Part shown: piece by piece, positions 32,523 to 42,678 of the stretch
Position numbering within the stretch: position 1 is the first letter of the stretch
Layout of the letters: every line of letters begins with the position of its first letter
Source of the DNA: Flavobacteriaceae bacterium
Lineage (GTDB): Bacteria > Bacteroidota > Bacteroidia > Flavobacteriales > Weeksellaceae
Reading direction: 5' to 3'
Assembly: GCA_031273305.1 (NCBI GenBank)
Contig: JAISSC010000225.1
Span: 322 to 64,321, forward strand
Length of the DNA stretch: 64,000 bases
Translations under genes and position numbers: made by a program
Notes under the pieces: generated by a model
Seen by the model: only the letters and a program-made list of their open reading frames with translations
Databases searched by the model: none
What the model was told of the DNA's origin: nothing

Positions 32523-33239
32523 ATGAGAATCATACCCGCAATAGATATTATCAACGGAAAGTGTGTACGTCTGACCAAAGGAGATTACAGCACGGAAAAA
32601 GTATATCGTGAAAACCCTTTGGATGTTGCCAAAGAATTTGAAGATGCCGGATTGGAATACCTACATTTGGTTGATTTGGACGGAGCAAAATCCAGTCGAA
32701 TAATTAACCATAAAACCTTATATAAAATAACTTCCCAAACCGGCTTAAAAGTAGACTTTGGCGGCGGACTGAAAAGCGATGAAGACATACGCATCGCCTT
32801 TGAAAACGGAGCCAGTCAGATAACCGGCGGAAGCATTGCCGTGAAAAACCCGGAGATATTTCAATCATGGATAAAAGAATACGGAAGTTCTAAAATTATT
32901 CTGGGAGCAGACTGCAACCACCGGATGATTGCAACCCACGGTTGGTTGAAATCTTCCTCTTTGGACGTAATCGACTTTATCTTGGAATATGAGGAAAAAG
33001 GGATAGAATACGTAATTTGTACCGACATTTCCAAAGACGGGATGTTAGAAGGAACTTCAAATGAGTTATATAAAGAAATCCTTGAGAAGACGAATATAAA
33101 ACTCATCGCAAGCGGAGGCGTATCTTCGATAGAAGATTTGCATTTGTTGAAAGAGATTAGTTGTGAAGCTGTTATCATCGGAAAGGCGATATATGAAAAT
33201 AAGATCACTCTGGAAGAACTTACAGAATTTCGAAGTTAG
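32523..33239 (+). CDS. hisA: ProFAR isomerase
   Basis: [40 protein letters not shown]. Confidence 0.98.
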   Translation: MRIIPAIDIINGKCVRLTKGDYSTEKVYRENPLDVAKEFEDAGLEYLHLVDLDGAKSSRIINHKTLYKITSQTGLKVDFGGGLKSDEDIRIAFENGASQITGGSIAVKNPEIFQSWIKEYGSSKIILGADCNHRMIATHGWLKSSSLDVIDFILEYEEKGIEYVICTDISKDGMLEGTSNELYKEILEKTNIKLIASGGVSSIEDLHLLKEISCEAVIIGKAIYENKITLEELTEFRS

Positions 33240-33354
33240 AATTACATCAGGACGATTTGGGAATACAAGATTTGAGGTGCTAAATTTTAAAATCATAATT
33301 CCAAATAAAAAAAATGTTCTAATTTCGTACTTTAAACTTAAAACCTAAGAAAAC

Positions 33355-34113
33355 GTGTTAAAAAAGCGGATAATTCCCTGTCTGGACATTAAAAACGGAC
33401 GCACCGTGAAAGGGGTGAACTTTATAGAACTGATTGATGCGGGAGACCCGGTAGAATTAGCTAAAGCCTACGTACAACAAGGTGCTGATGAACTGGTATT
33501 TTTGGATATTACCGCTACCATTGAAAATCGTTCTACTTTATTGCATCTGGTGGAGAGAATTGCCCATGAGATCAATATTCCGTTTACCGTAGGAGGAGGA
33601 ATTAACTCTGTAAATGATGTTTCCGCCCTTATTAAAGCGGGAGCAGATAAAGTAAGTGTTAATTCTTCAGCCGTTAAACGACCTGAGTTGGTCTCTGAAA
33701 TAGCCGGACAATTCGGGAGCCAATGCACGGTAGTAGCCATTGACACAAAGAAAGAACAAGACGGGTGGAAGGTTTATACGCACGGAGGGCGCACCCCTAC
33801 CCCCATATTTACCCTTGCATGGGCGAAACAAGTGGAAGAACTGGGCGCAGGAGAGATTTTGCTCACTTCCATGAATAATGACGGTACTAAGAATGGTTTT
33901 GCTCTGGATATTACGAATGAAGTTGCCCAATTGGTAAACATTCCGGTGATTGCCTCCGGAGGAGCAGGAACCAAAGAGCATTTCCTTGATGTATTTTCCC
34001 AAACCAAAGCCTCTGCCGCACTGGCTGCAAGTATCTTTCATTTTAATGAGATCCCTGTCCCTAAACTTAAACAATATTTAGCTAACCAAAACATACCCAC
34101 ACGATGGAAATAA
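33355..34113 (+). CDS. hisF: Imidazole glycerol phosphate synthase cyclase subunit
   Basis: [44 protein letters not shown]. Confidence 0.98.
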   Translation: MLKKRIIPCLDIKNGRTVKGVNFIELIDAGDPVELAKAYVQQGADELVFLDITATIENRSTLLHLVERIAHEINIPFTVGGGINSVNDVSALIKAGADKVSVNSSAVKRPELVSEIAGQFGSQCTVVAIDTKKEQDGWKVYTHGGRTPTPIFTLAWAKQVEELGAGEILLTSMNNDGTKNGFALDITNEVAQLVNIPVIASGGAGTKEHFLDVFSQTKASAALAASIFHFNEIPVPKLKQYLANQNIPTRWK

Positions 34114-34694
34114 ATTTTGATAAAGATAGCGGATTAGTCCCTGTGATTATTCAAAACATCTTGAATAAACAGGTTTTAATGCTGGGCTACATGAATCGGG
34201 AAGCAGTTGAAAAAACTCAAAAAGACGGAAAGGTCACCTTTTTCAGCCGGAGCAAAAACCGCTTATGGACGAAAGGGGAAACCTCAGGGAATTACCTTTG
34301 GGTAAAGGAAATACGCATTGATTGCGATGCTGATACTCTGCTAATAAAAGTGATTCCCGAAGGAATCACCTGCCATACGGGAAGTTATTCATGCTTCGGA
34401 GAAAAAGAAACTCAGGGATTTTTATATGATTTACAGGAGGTTATCAGCCAGCGTATTGATAAAAAAACGGATAATTCTTATACGTACAAATTATATCGAA
34501 AGGGCATAAATAAAATAGCGCAAAAAGTAGGAGAAGAAGCCGTAGAATTGGTTATCGAAGCTAAAGACAACGATGAGGATCTGTTTAAAAATGAAGCTGC
34601 CGATCTGCTTTACCATTATCTTGTTTTGTTAAAAGCCAAAGGATTTAAATTGGAAGATGTAGAACGCATATTGGAGGAAAGGCAGATTAAATAA
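34104..34694 (+). CDS. hisIE: Bifunctional PR-AMP cyclohydrolase / PR-ATP pyrophosphatase
   Basis: [37 protein letters not shown]. Confidence 0.97.
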   Translation: MEINFDKDSGLVPVIIQNILNKQVLMLGYMNREAVEKTQKDGKVTFFSRSKNRLWTKGETSGNYLWVKEIRIDCDADTLLIKVIPEGITCHTGSYSCFGEKETQGFLYDLQEVISQRIDKKTDNSYTYKLYRKGINKIAQKVGEEAVELVIEAKDNDEDLFKNEAADLLYHYLVLLKAKGFKLEDVERILEERQIK

Positions 34695-34834
34695 ATTGCG
34701 CACATTCTTGGTTTCATGCCTTATATTTTCTTATTTACCTTAAACCAGGATACCATAAATGCCTCTTTTTGAAAATTTATATTTTTCTATCCTGCAAAAA
34801 ATCACTAAAATTGTACTAAATTGTAATCCACCAT

Positions 34835-37282
34835 ATGAAAGTAGTAAAATTCGGAGGAACTTCCGTAGGTTCGAGCCAGAGTATTCGTTGCATATTGGAC
34901 ATTCTGCAACAGAAATATTCCTCAGGAGAAAAATTCATTGTTGTTTCATCAGCCATGAGCGGAATCACGAATCTTTTAACGGATTTAGCTCAAACGGCGT
35001 CTAAAGGCAATGATTTTAAATCCGGGCTTACGGAAATTGAACAAAAACATTTTACTGTTATCAGGGAAATGATAGAGGTGAAAAATCAAAATCCGGTTTT
35101 TACACAAATCAGAATATATATCAACGAGATAGAGGACTTACTTCAGGGCGTTTACAGCTTACGTGAACTAAGTGCTCAAAGCAAAGATTTTATCTTAAGC
35201 TATGGAGAAAAATGCTCGACTTTCTTAATAAGCCGAATTGCAAAACAATATTTCCCCGAAAGTATTTTTGTTGATGCCTCAGACCTGATAAAAACAGACA
35301 GCAATTTCGGAAACGCTAAAGTGGACATTCCGAGAACGGAGAAACTTATCCGGGAGTTTACGGATTCCCACAAAGATAATATACTTTTCATAACCGGGTT
35401 TATCGCCTCAAACGATGACAATCGGATAACCACATTGGGAAGAGGAGGAAGCGATTATACAGCAGCCCTCTTCGGAGCAGCAATAGACGCCGAAGAAATA
35501 GAATTATGGTCGGACGTTGACGGAATGTTAACCGCAGACCCCAAAATAGTAAAAAAAGCATTCTCTTTATCGGAGCTTTCCTATACTGAAGCAATGGAAC
35601 TTTCCTATTTCGGAGCCAAAGTAATATATCCTCCGGCAATGATTCCTGCTTTCAGGAAAAAAATCCCTATCCTTCTTCGTAATACTTTCAATCTCGATTT
35701 CAAAGGCACACGGGTGCAGGAGAGCATAGAAAAGAATCCTTATCCCATACGGGGTATTTCTTCCATCCGTGAGATAAGCCTTATTAATATTACAGGAAGC
35801 GGTATGATAGGTAAGATTGGATTCAGCGGAAAACTTTTTTCCCTCTTAGCCCGTGAACAGATCAATGTAGTTTTAATTACCCAATCTTCTTCCGAGCATA
35901 GCATCACTTTTGCTATCGAACCGAAAGACGTACCGAAAGCCAGAACCTTATTCCATACCGAATTTGAACTGGAACTGGAAACCAACAAGCTAAATCCGCC
36001 TACTATAGAAGAAAACTTGGCTGTATTAGCTATCGTAGGAGAAAATATGAAGCAAACACCGGGAATATCAGGCAAGCTCTTCCATGCACTAGGAAGAAAC
36101 GGGATAAATATTCACGCAATCGCTCAGGGTTCTTCGGAATACAATATTTCGGTAATCATAAAACGAAAAAACATATCCAAAGCCCTGAATGCCGTACATG
36201 ATGCTTTTTTCACGGAGTTAACCAAAACATTGCACGTTTTTAATGTAGGAACGGGAAACATAGGCTCTACTCTTTTTCGGCAAATACAAAAACAAAGTAC
36301 TTTCCTTCGGGAGAATAACGATATTGAGGTAAAAATTGCAGGAATCAGTAATTCCAAAAAGATGATCATTGATGAAAACGGTATCGATCTGGAGAATTGG
36401 AAAGATGCTTTAGATAATGGAGAAAACGTTGATTTAGAACAATTTGTACAAAAAATTAAATTACTGAATCTATCCAACTGCGTATTTATAGATAATACCG
36501 CCAGCCCGATTCCTCCCAAATTCTATAAAAGTCTTTTCGAGTCCAATATCTCTGTAGTCACCTGTAATAAAATAGCCAATTCCTCATCTTATCAGGAATA
36601 CAAAACCCTTAAAGACACTGCCCGAAGGCGCGGGGTCGATTTTTATTACGAAACCAACGTAGGAGCAGGATTGCCTATCATACGGACATTGAAAGACCTC
36701 ATGGCAAGCGGAGACCGTATCATAAAGATAGAAGCTATTTTGAGCGGAACTATTTCTTACATCTTCAATAACTTCAAAGGAGAGGCTTCTTTTTATGAGG
36801 TAGTGAAAAAAGCCCACGAATTAGGATATACCGAACCTGACCCGAGGGATGATCTAAGCGGGAAGGATTTTATGAGAAAGATGATGATTTTAGCCCGTGA
36901 TGCCGGCTATCCGACAGAAGAAGAGGAGGTCAAATTAGGAGCCATTCTTCCTGATAATTGTATGAAAGCTCCTTCCGTAGAAGATTTCTATGAAGAACTC
37001 AAAAAATCTGATTCTTATTTTAATGATATAAAAGAACAGGCGGAAAAAGATAACAAGACTATCCGGTATATCGGGAAATTGGAAGACGGAAAAGCCTCCA
37101 TTAATTTGGAACTGGTAGACAGCTCTCATCCTTTTTACAACCTTTCCGGAAGTGATAATATCATATCTTTTACTACGGAAAGATACAAGTATAACCCTTT
37201 AGTCGTAAAAGGACCGGGAGCAGGAGCTGAGGTAACTGCTGCGGGGGTTTTTGCTGATTTAATCAATGTGGGGGCGGATTAA
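34835..37282 (+). CDS. thrA: Bifunctional aspartate kinase / homoserine dehydrogenase I
   Basis: KFGGTSV, TLGRGGSDY, two ACT domains, GTGNIG, YETNVGAGLP, GPGAG.EVTA. Confidence 0.97.
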   Translation: MKVVKFGGTSVGSSQSIRCILDILQQKYSSGEKFIVVSSAMSGITNLLTDLAQTASKGNDFKSGLTEIEQKHFTVIREMIEVKNQNPVFTQIRIYINEIEDLLQGVYSLRELSAQSKDFILSYGEKCSTFLISRIAKQYFPESIFVDASDLIKTDSNFGNAKVDIPRTEKLIREFTDSHKDNILFITGFIASNDDNRITTLGRGGSDYTAALFGAAIDAEEIELWSDVDGMLTADPKIVKKAFSLSELSYTEAMELSYFGAKVIYPPAMIPAFRKKIPILLRNTFNLDFKGTRVQESIEKNPYPIRGISSIREISLINITGSGMIGKIGFSGKLFSLLAREQINVVLITQSSSEHSITFAIEPKDVPKARTLFHTEFELELETNKLNPPTIEENLAVLAIVGENMKQTPGISGKLFHALGRNGINIHAIAQGSSEYNISVIIKRKNISKALNAVHDAFFTELTKTLHVFNVGTGNIGSTLFRQIQKQSTFLRENNDIEVKIAGISNSKKMIIDENGIDLENWKDALDNGENVDLEQFVQKIKLLNLSNCVFIDNTASPIPPKFYKSLFESNISVVTCNKIANSSSYQEYKTLKDTARRRGVDFYYETNVGAGLPIIRTLKDLMASGDRIIKIEAILSGTISYIFNNFKGEASFYEVVKKAHELGYTEPDPRDDLSGKDFMRKMMILARDAGYPTEEEEVKLGAILPDNCMKAPSVEDFYEELKKSDSYFNDIKEQAEKDNKTIRYIGKLEDGKASINLELVDSSHPFYNLSGSDNIISFTTERYKYNPLVVKGPGAGAEVTAAGVFADLINVGAD

Positions 37283-37401
37283 TCCTGATTTTATATCAAT
37301 ATGTTAAAATAATAATTTTATAGCCGAATTTTATGAAATGTTGATAATCAAGTATAATTAACTTAAATTTGCCGCTTGAAAGTTGAGATGTTTTTATTCC
37401 G

Positions 37402-38343
37402 ATGAAAGAAAAAGATACTGTACATGTTTTTGCCCCCGCAACTTCCGCAAATTTTATTTGTGGATACGATATTTTGGGAGTAGCATTGAATGAACCCGGA
37501 GATGAGGTAAGATTGAAACGAGTAGACAAACCGGGAGTGACTATTACCAAAATATCCGGAGACAACGGACTTTTACCCCTCGACCCCGACAAAAACACGG
37601 TGGGAGCCTGCGTGCAGATGATACTGCAACACCTGAAAAGGCATGATATAGGAATAGAAATAGAACTATATAAAAAAATGCCCATCGGGAGCGGATTAGG
37701 CTCCAGTGCTGCCAGTACAATTGCAGGATTATTTGCCATCAACCGGTTGCTGGGAGAACCCCTGACCAAACAGGAATTACTTCCTTTTGCCTTGAAAGGT
37801 GAAGAACTTGCCTGCGGGCACGGTCATGCCGACAACGTGGCTCCTTCCTTATTAGGAGGAATAACACTCATCCGAAGCTACCACCCTTTGGAAGTTATTA
37901 ATCTCCCTGTTCCTAAAGAATTATGTTGTTCCATTATTTTTCCTCATGTGGAAGTTCCTACACGGGCAGCAAGACAAATTCTCAGAACCAAAGTGGAGTT
38001 GAAAAATGCCGTAACTCAATGGGGAAATATAGCCGGATTGGTAACAGGGCTTTTTTTAGAAGATTACGATCTAATCTCCAGAAGCCTTCAGGACGACCTG
38101 ATAGAACCTACTCGTTCTATTTTGATTCCCGAATTTGATGCTATGAGACAAATTACCAAAGAATTCGGAGCATTAGGTTTCGGGATTTCGGGTTCCGGAC
38201 CTTCCGTAGTTGCTTTTACTAAAGGACTGGAAAAGGCTAAAGAGATTACGAATATATTACAATCGTTTTTAAAAACTAAAAATATCGAAAGCAACGGATA
38301 TTCTTCTTCCATAAATGCACATGGAGCTACGGAACTTCCTTAA
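37402..38343 (+). CDS. thrB: Homoserine kinase
   Basis: APATSAN, PIGSGLGSSAAS, HADNVAP, ISGSGPS; TAAATTTG box at 37364-37371. Confidence 0.97.
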   Translation: MKEKDTVHVFAPATSANFICGYDILGVALNEPGDEVRLKRVDKPGVTITKISGDNGLLPLDPDKNTVGACVQMILQHLKRHDIGIEIELYKKMPIGSGLGSSAASTIAGLFAINRLLGEPLTKQELLPFALKGEELACGHGHADNVAPSLLGGITLIRSYHPLEVINLPVPKELCCSIIFPHVEVPTRAARQILRTKVELKNAVTQWGNIAGLVTGLFLEDYDLISRSLQDDLIEPTRSILIPEFDAMRQITKEFGALGFGISGSGPSVVAFTKGLEKAKEITNILQSFLKTKNIESNGYSSSINAHGATELP

Positions 38344-38364
38344 AATTAATCAGTAAACCATCCT

Positions 38365-39660
38365 ATGAACTTATACAGCACCAATAACAAAAATCTCAGA
38401 GTATCTTTCAAAGAAGCTGTCTTTAACAGTTTTCCTGCGGATAAAGGGTTATATATGCCCGTTGAGATTCCCCAACTCCCGAAGGATTTCATTACCAATA
38501 TAAAAAATTATTCTTTTCGGGAAATAGCATTGGAAGTGGCACAGTCTTTACTAGGTAAAGATATTCCTAAAAAAGACCTAAAAGAGATTATAAATGATGC
38601 CGTAAATTTTGATGCGCCTGTTGTTCCTTTAAATGATCATCTGGCTGTTCTGGAACTCTTTCATGGCCCTTCCCTCGCTTTCAAAGACTTTGGAGCGAGA
38701 TTTATGAGCCGTGCTATGGCATATTTATCAGATGCTCAAGATAAGGTATTGGATATATTGGTAGCTACTTCCGGAGATACAGGAGGAGCGGTAGCACTGG
38801 GCTTTTTAGGAGTAAAAGGTACGCGTGTCACTATTCTTTATCCTAAGGGGAAAGTAAGTAAAATACAGGAACAGCAGCTAACCACCAATGGACAAAACAT
38901 ACGGGCTATTGAGGTAGATGGTACTTTTGATGACTGTCAGGCATTGGTAAAAGAAGCATTCAACGACCCGGAACTAAATGAAACACTGCGGTTAACTTCG
39001 GCTAATTCTATTAATATCTCCCGACTCATCCCACAGACTTTTTATTATTTTCATGCATATGCACAAGCTGTTAAAAACGAAAAAACTGAAATCGTTTTTT
39101 GCGTACCAAGTGGAAATTTCGGGAATATCGGAGCAGGATTACTAGCGTATAAGATGGGGCTGCCTGTTAAACATTTTATCGCTGCCACCAATGTAAACGA
39201 TACGGTTCCCCTTTTTCTAAAAAACGGAACTTACCTGCCTAAACCATCCGTACAAACTCTTTCAAACGCTATGGATGTAGGGAATCCGAGCAATTGGGTT
39301 CGTATTATGGATTTATTTGACCTCAACATTGAAGAAGTTCGTAAAACTATAACAGCTTACTCATTTACAGACCAAAACACTCTGGAAGGGATAAAGGAAT
39401 TATATAGAAAGTATAATTATATTGCCTGCCCTCATACGTCAGTTGCCTATCTGGCTGCTAAAGAATACAACCACCCTGAAGACTATACCATTTTCTTGTC
39501 CACTGCGCACCCTTGTAAGTTTATTGATGTATACCCGGAAGACTTGAAAACACAAATTGCAATTCCTGAACAGGTACAACGACTGGATGATAAAAAAAGC
39601 CACGCACATCCTATAAAAAACAACTTTGAGGAGTTTAAAGATTTTTTATTGGGGAGTTAA
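38365..39660 (+). CDS. thrC: Threonine synthase
   Basis: ELFHGPSLAFKDFG, ATSGDTG, SANSIN, VPSGNFGN, TAHPCKF. Confidence 0.97.
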   Translation: MNLYSTNNKNLRVSFKEAVFNSFPADKGLYMPVEIPQLPKDFITNIKNYSFREIALEVAQSLLGKDIPKKDLKEIINDAVNFDAPVVPLNDHLAVLELFHGPSLAFKDFGARFMSRAMAYLSDAQDKVLDILVATSGDTGGAVALGFLGVKGTRVTILYPKGKVSKIQEQQLTTNGQNIRAIEVDGTFDDCQALVKEAFNDPELNETLRLTSANSINISRLIPQTFYYFHAYAQAVKNEKTEIVFCVPSGNFGNIGAGLLAYKMGLPVKHFIAATNVNDTVPLFLKNGTYLPKPSVQTLSNAMDVGNPSNWVRIMDLFDLNIEEVRKTITAYSFTDQNTLEGIKELYRKYNYIACPHTSVAYLAAKEYNHPEDYTIFLSTAHPCKFIDVYPEDLKTQIAIPEQVQRLDDKKSHAHPIKNNFEEFKDFLLGS

Positions 39661-39711
39661 GGTATAAACATCTTACAAAAAATTAGGAGTAATGGACAAA
39701 AAGGATGGAAA

Positions 39712-39856
39712 TCAGATTGTCATTATCAGTTCTTTTTTCACTAATTCCCAAGCTACAACATCATCATACTCAACTTATCATATCTTGCTCAATTTGAGCG
39801 TAGCTTGGCCACGGAGCATTTTCTTTCCATTCTTCAATGTATCGTCTCGGAATCAT
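39712..39856 (-). pseudogene. AbiEii/AbiGii-type nucleotidyltransferase toxin remnant (large internal deletion)
   Basis: ATG overlaps the antitoxin stop (ATGA); MIPRRYIEEWKENAPWPSYAQIEQDMIS* followed out of frame by VEYDDVVAWELVKKELIMTI*. Confidence 0.75.
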
Positions 39857-40659
39857 AAATCATTCTCTATTATCACATTAACATCTACTTTCCAGTCTTT
39901 GTCAATATTCCCCTGCTTAGGCGAAACTACGGATAACAAGATATTTTGAGTTGCTTTATCTTTTAAAGCTCGTTGTATAGACGTAGCCAAATCCTGCCTG
40001 TTGAATACTTTATCGTATAAATATCCCAATCGTTGTATAGATGAGATTTGAGGATATCCGGATGCTATTTTATACATTACGGAAGGCTTTATTTCTTCGA
40101 TAAGTTCTCCCAAAATTGGAACTATCCGGGAAATTCCACCTATTTTTCCATTGAAAGACATAAAATCCAATGCTGTAAGTTCCGGTCGCGAAACATTGAA
40201 ATATCCGGCAGCAGAATTTTTCTTCACAATTCCATCTTGTTTCCATGCATTTCGGACAAGAAAATTTATCCGGGTATTATTTTCAACGATAGCTCTCATC
40301 GGGCGTTGTACTATCACCTGATACTCCATTGGTTGCTGATGCGCTGCACCATACAACGACGCTGCGGTGTATAGACCCAGATAATAATCCCGCCTTAAAT
40401 ATTTCATTAAATCATCAATGTACAGAAAGATGGGGAGAGAGCCATTTTTTGCATATTCCGGAGGAAGTACCACATAAAAATCTTTACGAATGATGGCAAT
40501 CTTATTGGCTGCATGCAATCGGTATATCTTCCTGCGAATGGCTTGTTCGGAGGAATCAAACACCTGATTTAACTCTTTAAATGTAAAGGAAAACCGTCCT
40601 TTTGAACGTATTTTCAAAAGATAATCATCTACATATTCGTATTTCCTTGCTATTTCCAC
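39853..40659 (-). CDS. Type IV toxin-antitoxin AbiEi-family antitoxin
   Basis: N-terminal winged HTH, FYVVLPPEY, YYLGLYTAASLYGAAHQQP, PELTALD, QRLGYL, WKVDVN. Confidence 0.85.
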   Translation of the reverse strand: MEIARKYEYVDDYLLKIRSKGRFSFTFKELNQVFDSSEQAIRRKIYRLHAANKIAIIRKDFYVVLPPEYAKNGSLPIFLYIDDLMKYLRRDYYLGLYTAASLYGAAHQQPMEYQVIVQRPMRAIVENNTRINFLVRNAWKQDGIVKKNSAAGYFNVSRPELTALDFMSFNGKIGGISRIVPILGELIEEIKPSVMYKIASGYPQISSIQRLGYLYDKVFNRQDLATSIQRALKDKATQNILLSVVSPKQGNIDKDWKVDVNVIIENDL

Positions 40660-40743
40660 TTCATAAATAATTCTCTCAAAGGTACAAAATATGTCCGTAA
40701 TTGCAAATAAATTATTTAATTCCGGATTCCGATTTTCCCGCCA

Positions 40744-41298
40744 TTACACAGTCATTATTTCCTTTTCCTTTTGTGCAAGATGTTCTTCTGCAAGTTTTAC
40801 ATATTTATCCGTTAAAATCTGGACTCGTTCCTCTCCGGTTTTTTTCTGATCTTCAGACAGGCTGTCTATTTTTTTAATCTCCGCATTGGCTTCTTGTCTG
40901 GATTTCCGTATGCCTATCTTAGAATTTTCACATTCAACTTTGGCTTGTTTTACTAAATCTCTTCTTCTCTCTTCGGTCAACGGAGGAATAGTAATAATAA
41001 TAGTTTCTCCATTATTGTTGGGAGTAAGACCTAAATTAGCCTGAAAAATTGCCTTTTCAATAGCACCCAAAGTAGATTTTTCCCAGGGTTGAATACTTAA
41101 CGTCATTCCATCCGGGACAGAAATATTGGCAACTTGGGATAAAGGAGTAGGTGATCCGTAATATTCCACCAAAATAGATTGAAGCATCGCAGGATTAGCC
41201 CTGCCTGCGCGTATTTTATTAAAAGCACTTTCCAGATGTTTGATTGAAGATTCCATGCCTTCCTTAGTGGCATCAATGATTAATTCTAATTCTTCCAT
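40744..41298 (-). CDS. frr: Ribosome recycling factor
   Basis: IRAGRANP, VEYYGSPTPL.QVANI, PPLTEERR. Confidence 0.98.
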   Translation of the reverse strand: MEELELIIDATKEGMESSIKHLESAFNKIRAGRANPAMLQSILVEYYGSPTPLSQVANISVPDGMTLSIQPWEKSTLGAIEKAIFQANLGLTPNNNGETIIITIPPLTEERRRDLVKQAKVECENSKIGIRKSRQEANAEIKKIDSLSEDQKKTGEERVQILTDKYVKLAEEHLAQKEKEIMTV

Positions 41299-41343
41299 AA
41301 TTTTAAGATAACGTTGCCCTGCAAATATAAAATTTTAATTATA

Positions 41344-42051
41344 CTAAATGGTAACTAAAGTTCCGACTTCTTTTCCCTCAACGATCTTTCTTAAATTACC
41401 CTCTTTGTTCATATCAAAAACAATGATAGGTATCTGATTTTCCTGACTTAGAGTAAAAGCCGTCATATCCATTATTTTCAATCCCTTTTTGTATACTTCT
41501 TCAAAAGAAATACTGTTGAATTTTATAGCATTTTTATCCTTTTCAGGGTCAGCATTATAAATACCATCAACACGGGTTCCTTTTAAGATAATTTCGGCGT
41601 TGATCTCAATGGCTTTTAAAGTAGCTGCCGTGTCGGTAGTGAAATACGGATTTCCGGTTCCGGCTCCGAATATTACTACCCTGCCTTTTTCCAGATGACG
41701 CTCTGCTTTCCTTTTGATAAAAGGTTCTGCAACCTGTTCCATTCTGATGGATGTTTGCAAACGGGTCTTTACTCCAATTGCCTCTAAAGAACTTTGAAGA
41801 GCCATTCCGTTGATTACGGTCGCAAGCATTCCCATATAATCTCCCTGAACCCGGTCTATTCCCGTAGCCGCACCCGATACTCCTCTGAAAATATTCCCTC
41901 CCCCGATTACGATGGCTACTTCCACACCCAGACTTACTATTTCCTTTATCTGTTGGGAATAATTTTGAAGAATAACCGAATCAATTCCGTATTGTTGTCC
42001 GCCCATTAAGGCTTCGCCGCTAAGTTTTAAAAGTATTCTTTTATATTTCAT
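41344..42051 (-). CDS. pyrH: UMP kinase
   Basis: [35 protein letters not shown]. Confidence 0.98.
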   Translation of the reverse strand: MKYKRILLKLSGEALMGGQQYGIDSVILQNYSQQIKEIVSLGVEVAIVIGGGNIFRGVSGAATGIDRVQGDYMGMLATVINGMALQSSLEAIGVKTRLQTSIRMEQVAEPFIKRKAERHLEKGRVVIFGAGTGNPYFTTDTAATLKAIEINAEIILKGTRVDGIYNADPEKDKNAIKFNSISFEEVYKKGLKIMDMTAFTLSQENQIPIIVFDMNKEGNLRKIVEGKEVGTLVTI

Positions 42052-42282
42052 AATGTTACCTAAAAAGTATTATTAATGTGTTTTTTAATGAATAATCCGA
42101 CAGAAATAAAGGCAAAAACCCAAATTCTCGCTTTGTACAAAGTAAAAATATAATCAACATCTATAACAAAATTCCTGTACGCAAAGATAGTAATGATTTT
42201 CTAAAAAAGACAGATGTTAGTAACTATAATGCGAATCCGCAGACTCAACTAATGAATACAACACTTGGCTAAATTTTTTAGG

Positions 42283-42374
42283 ATTTGGGCGTGTCCCTGT
42301 CGGGTCGGGCTATCCGTGTAGGGACGTCCCTATGTGGGCGTACTTGTGGGCTTTCCACTACTATCCCTCACGCA
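42283..42374 (+). repeat. Flavo-1-like structured repeat carrying an embedded GTAG REP
   Basis: gggcgtgtccc..gggtcgggctatccg ... ctatccctcacgc frame, recalled as the flavobacterial Flavo-1 motif and unverified; 42300-42330 is identical (31 nt) to the reverse complement of 49894-49924. Confidence 0.55.
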
Positions 42375-42415
42375 AGATCACTTCCATTGTCAGAGATCGT
42401 CCTATTACATCAGGC

Positions 42416-42460
42416 GTAGGGACGTCCTTACATGGGCGTCCTACTCAATGTGGGTGTCTC
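42416..42460 (+). repeat. Additional GTAG REP copy plus partial arm
   Basis: gtagggacgtccttacatgggcgtcctac followed by caatgtgggtgtctc, matching the 10761 REP. Confidence 0.65.
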
Positions 42461-42678
42461 AGCCTATTTGTTGTTAATTTTTCTTGCATTTACTAACCGA
42501 GCCTACTTACTAACCGAGTTTTTTTATTATAAATTTGTTTAAAGTCTTGATATATCCTCAGGAATTGTCTATTTTTGAGCAGTTTTTTGTGCTTTACCTA
42601 AAGGAAATTCGGGAGATTTATAGCTCAATATTTTTCATCCGAAGTTATCGGCGAGGCAGTTTATACGTTTAGAATCAA

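Noticed and set aside
34695-34834. Thr/Ile leader-peptide attenuator before thrA
   Set aside because: No Thr/Ile-rich short ORF and no terminator hairpin seen
39692-39949. 85-aa plus-strand ORF
   Set aside because: Antisense shadow of the AbiE antitoxin end and toxin remnant
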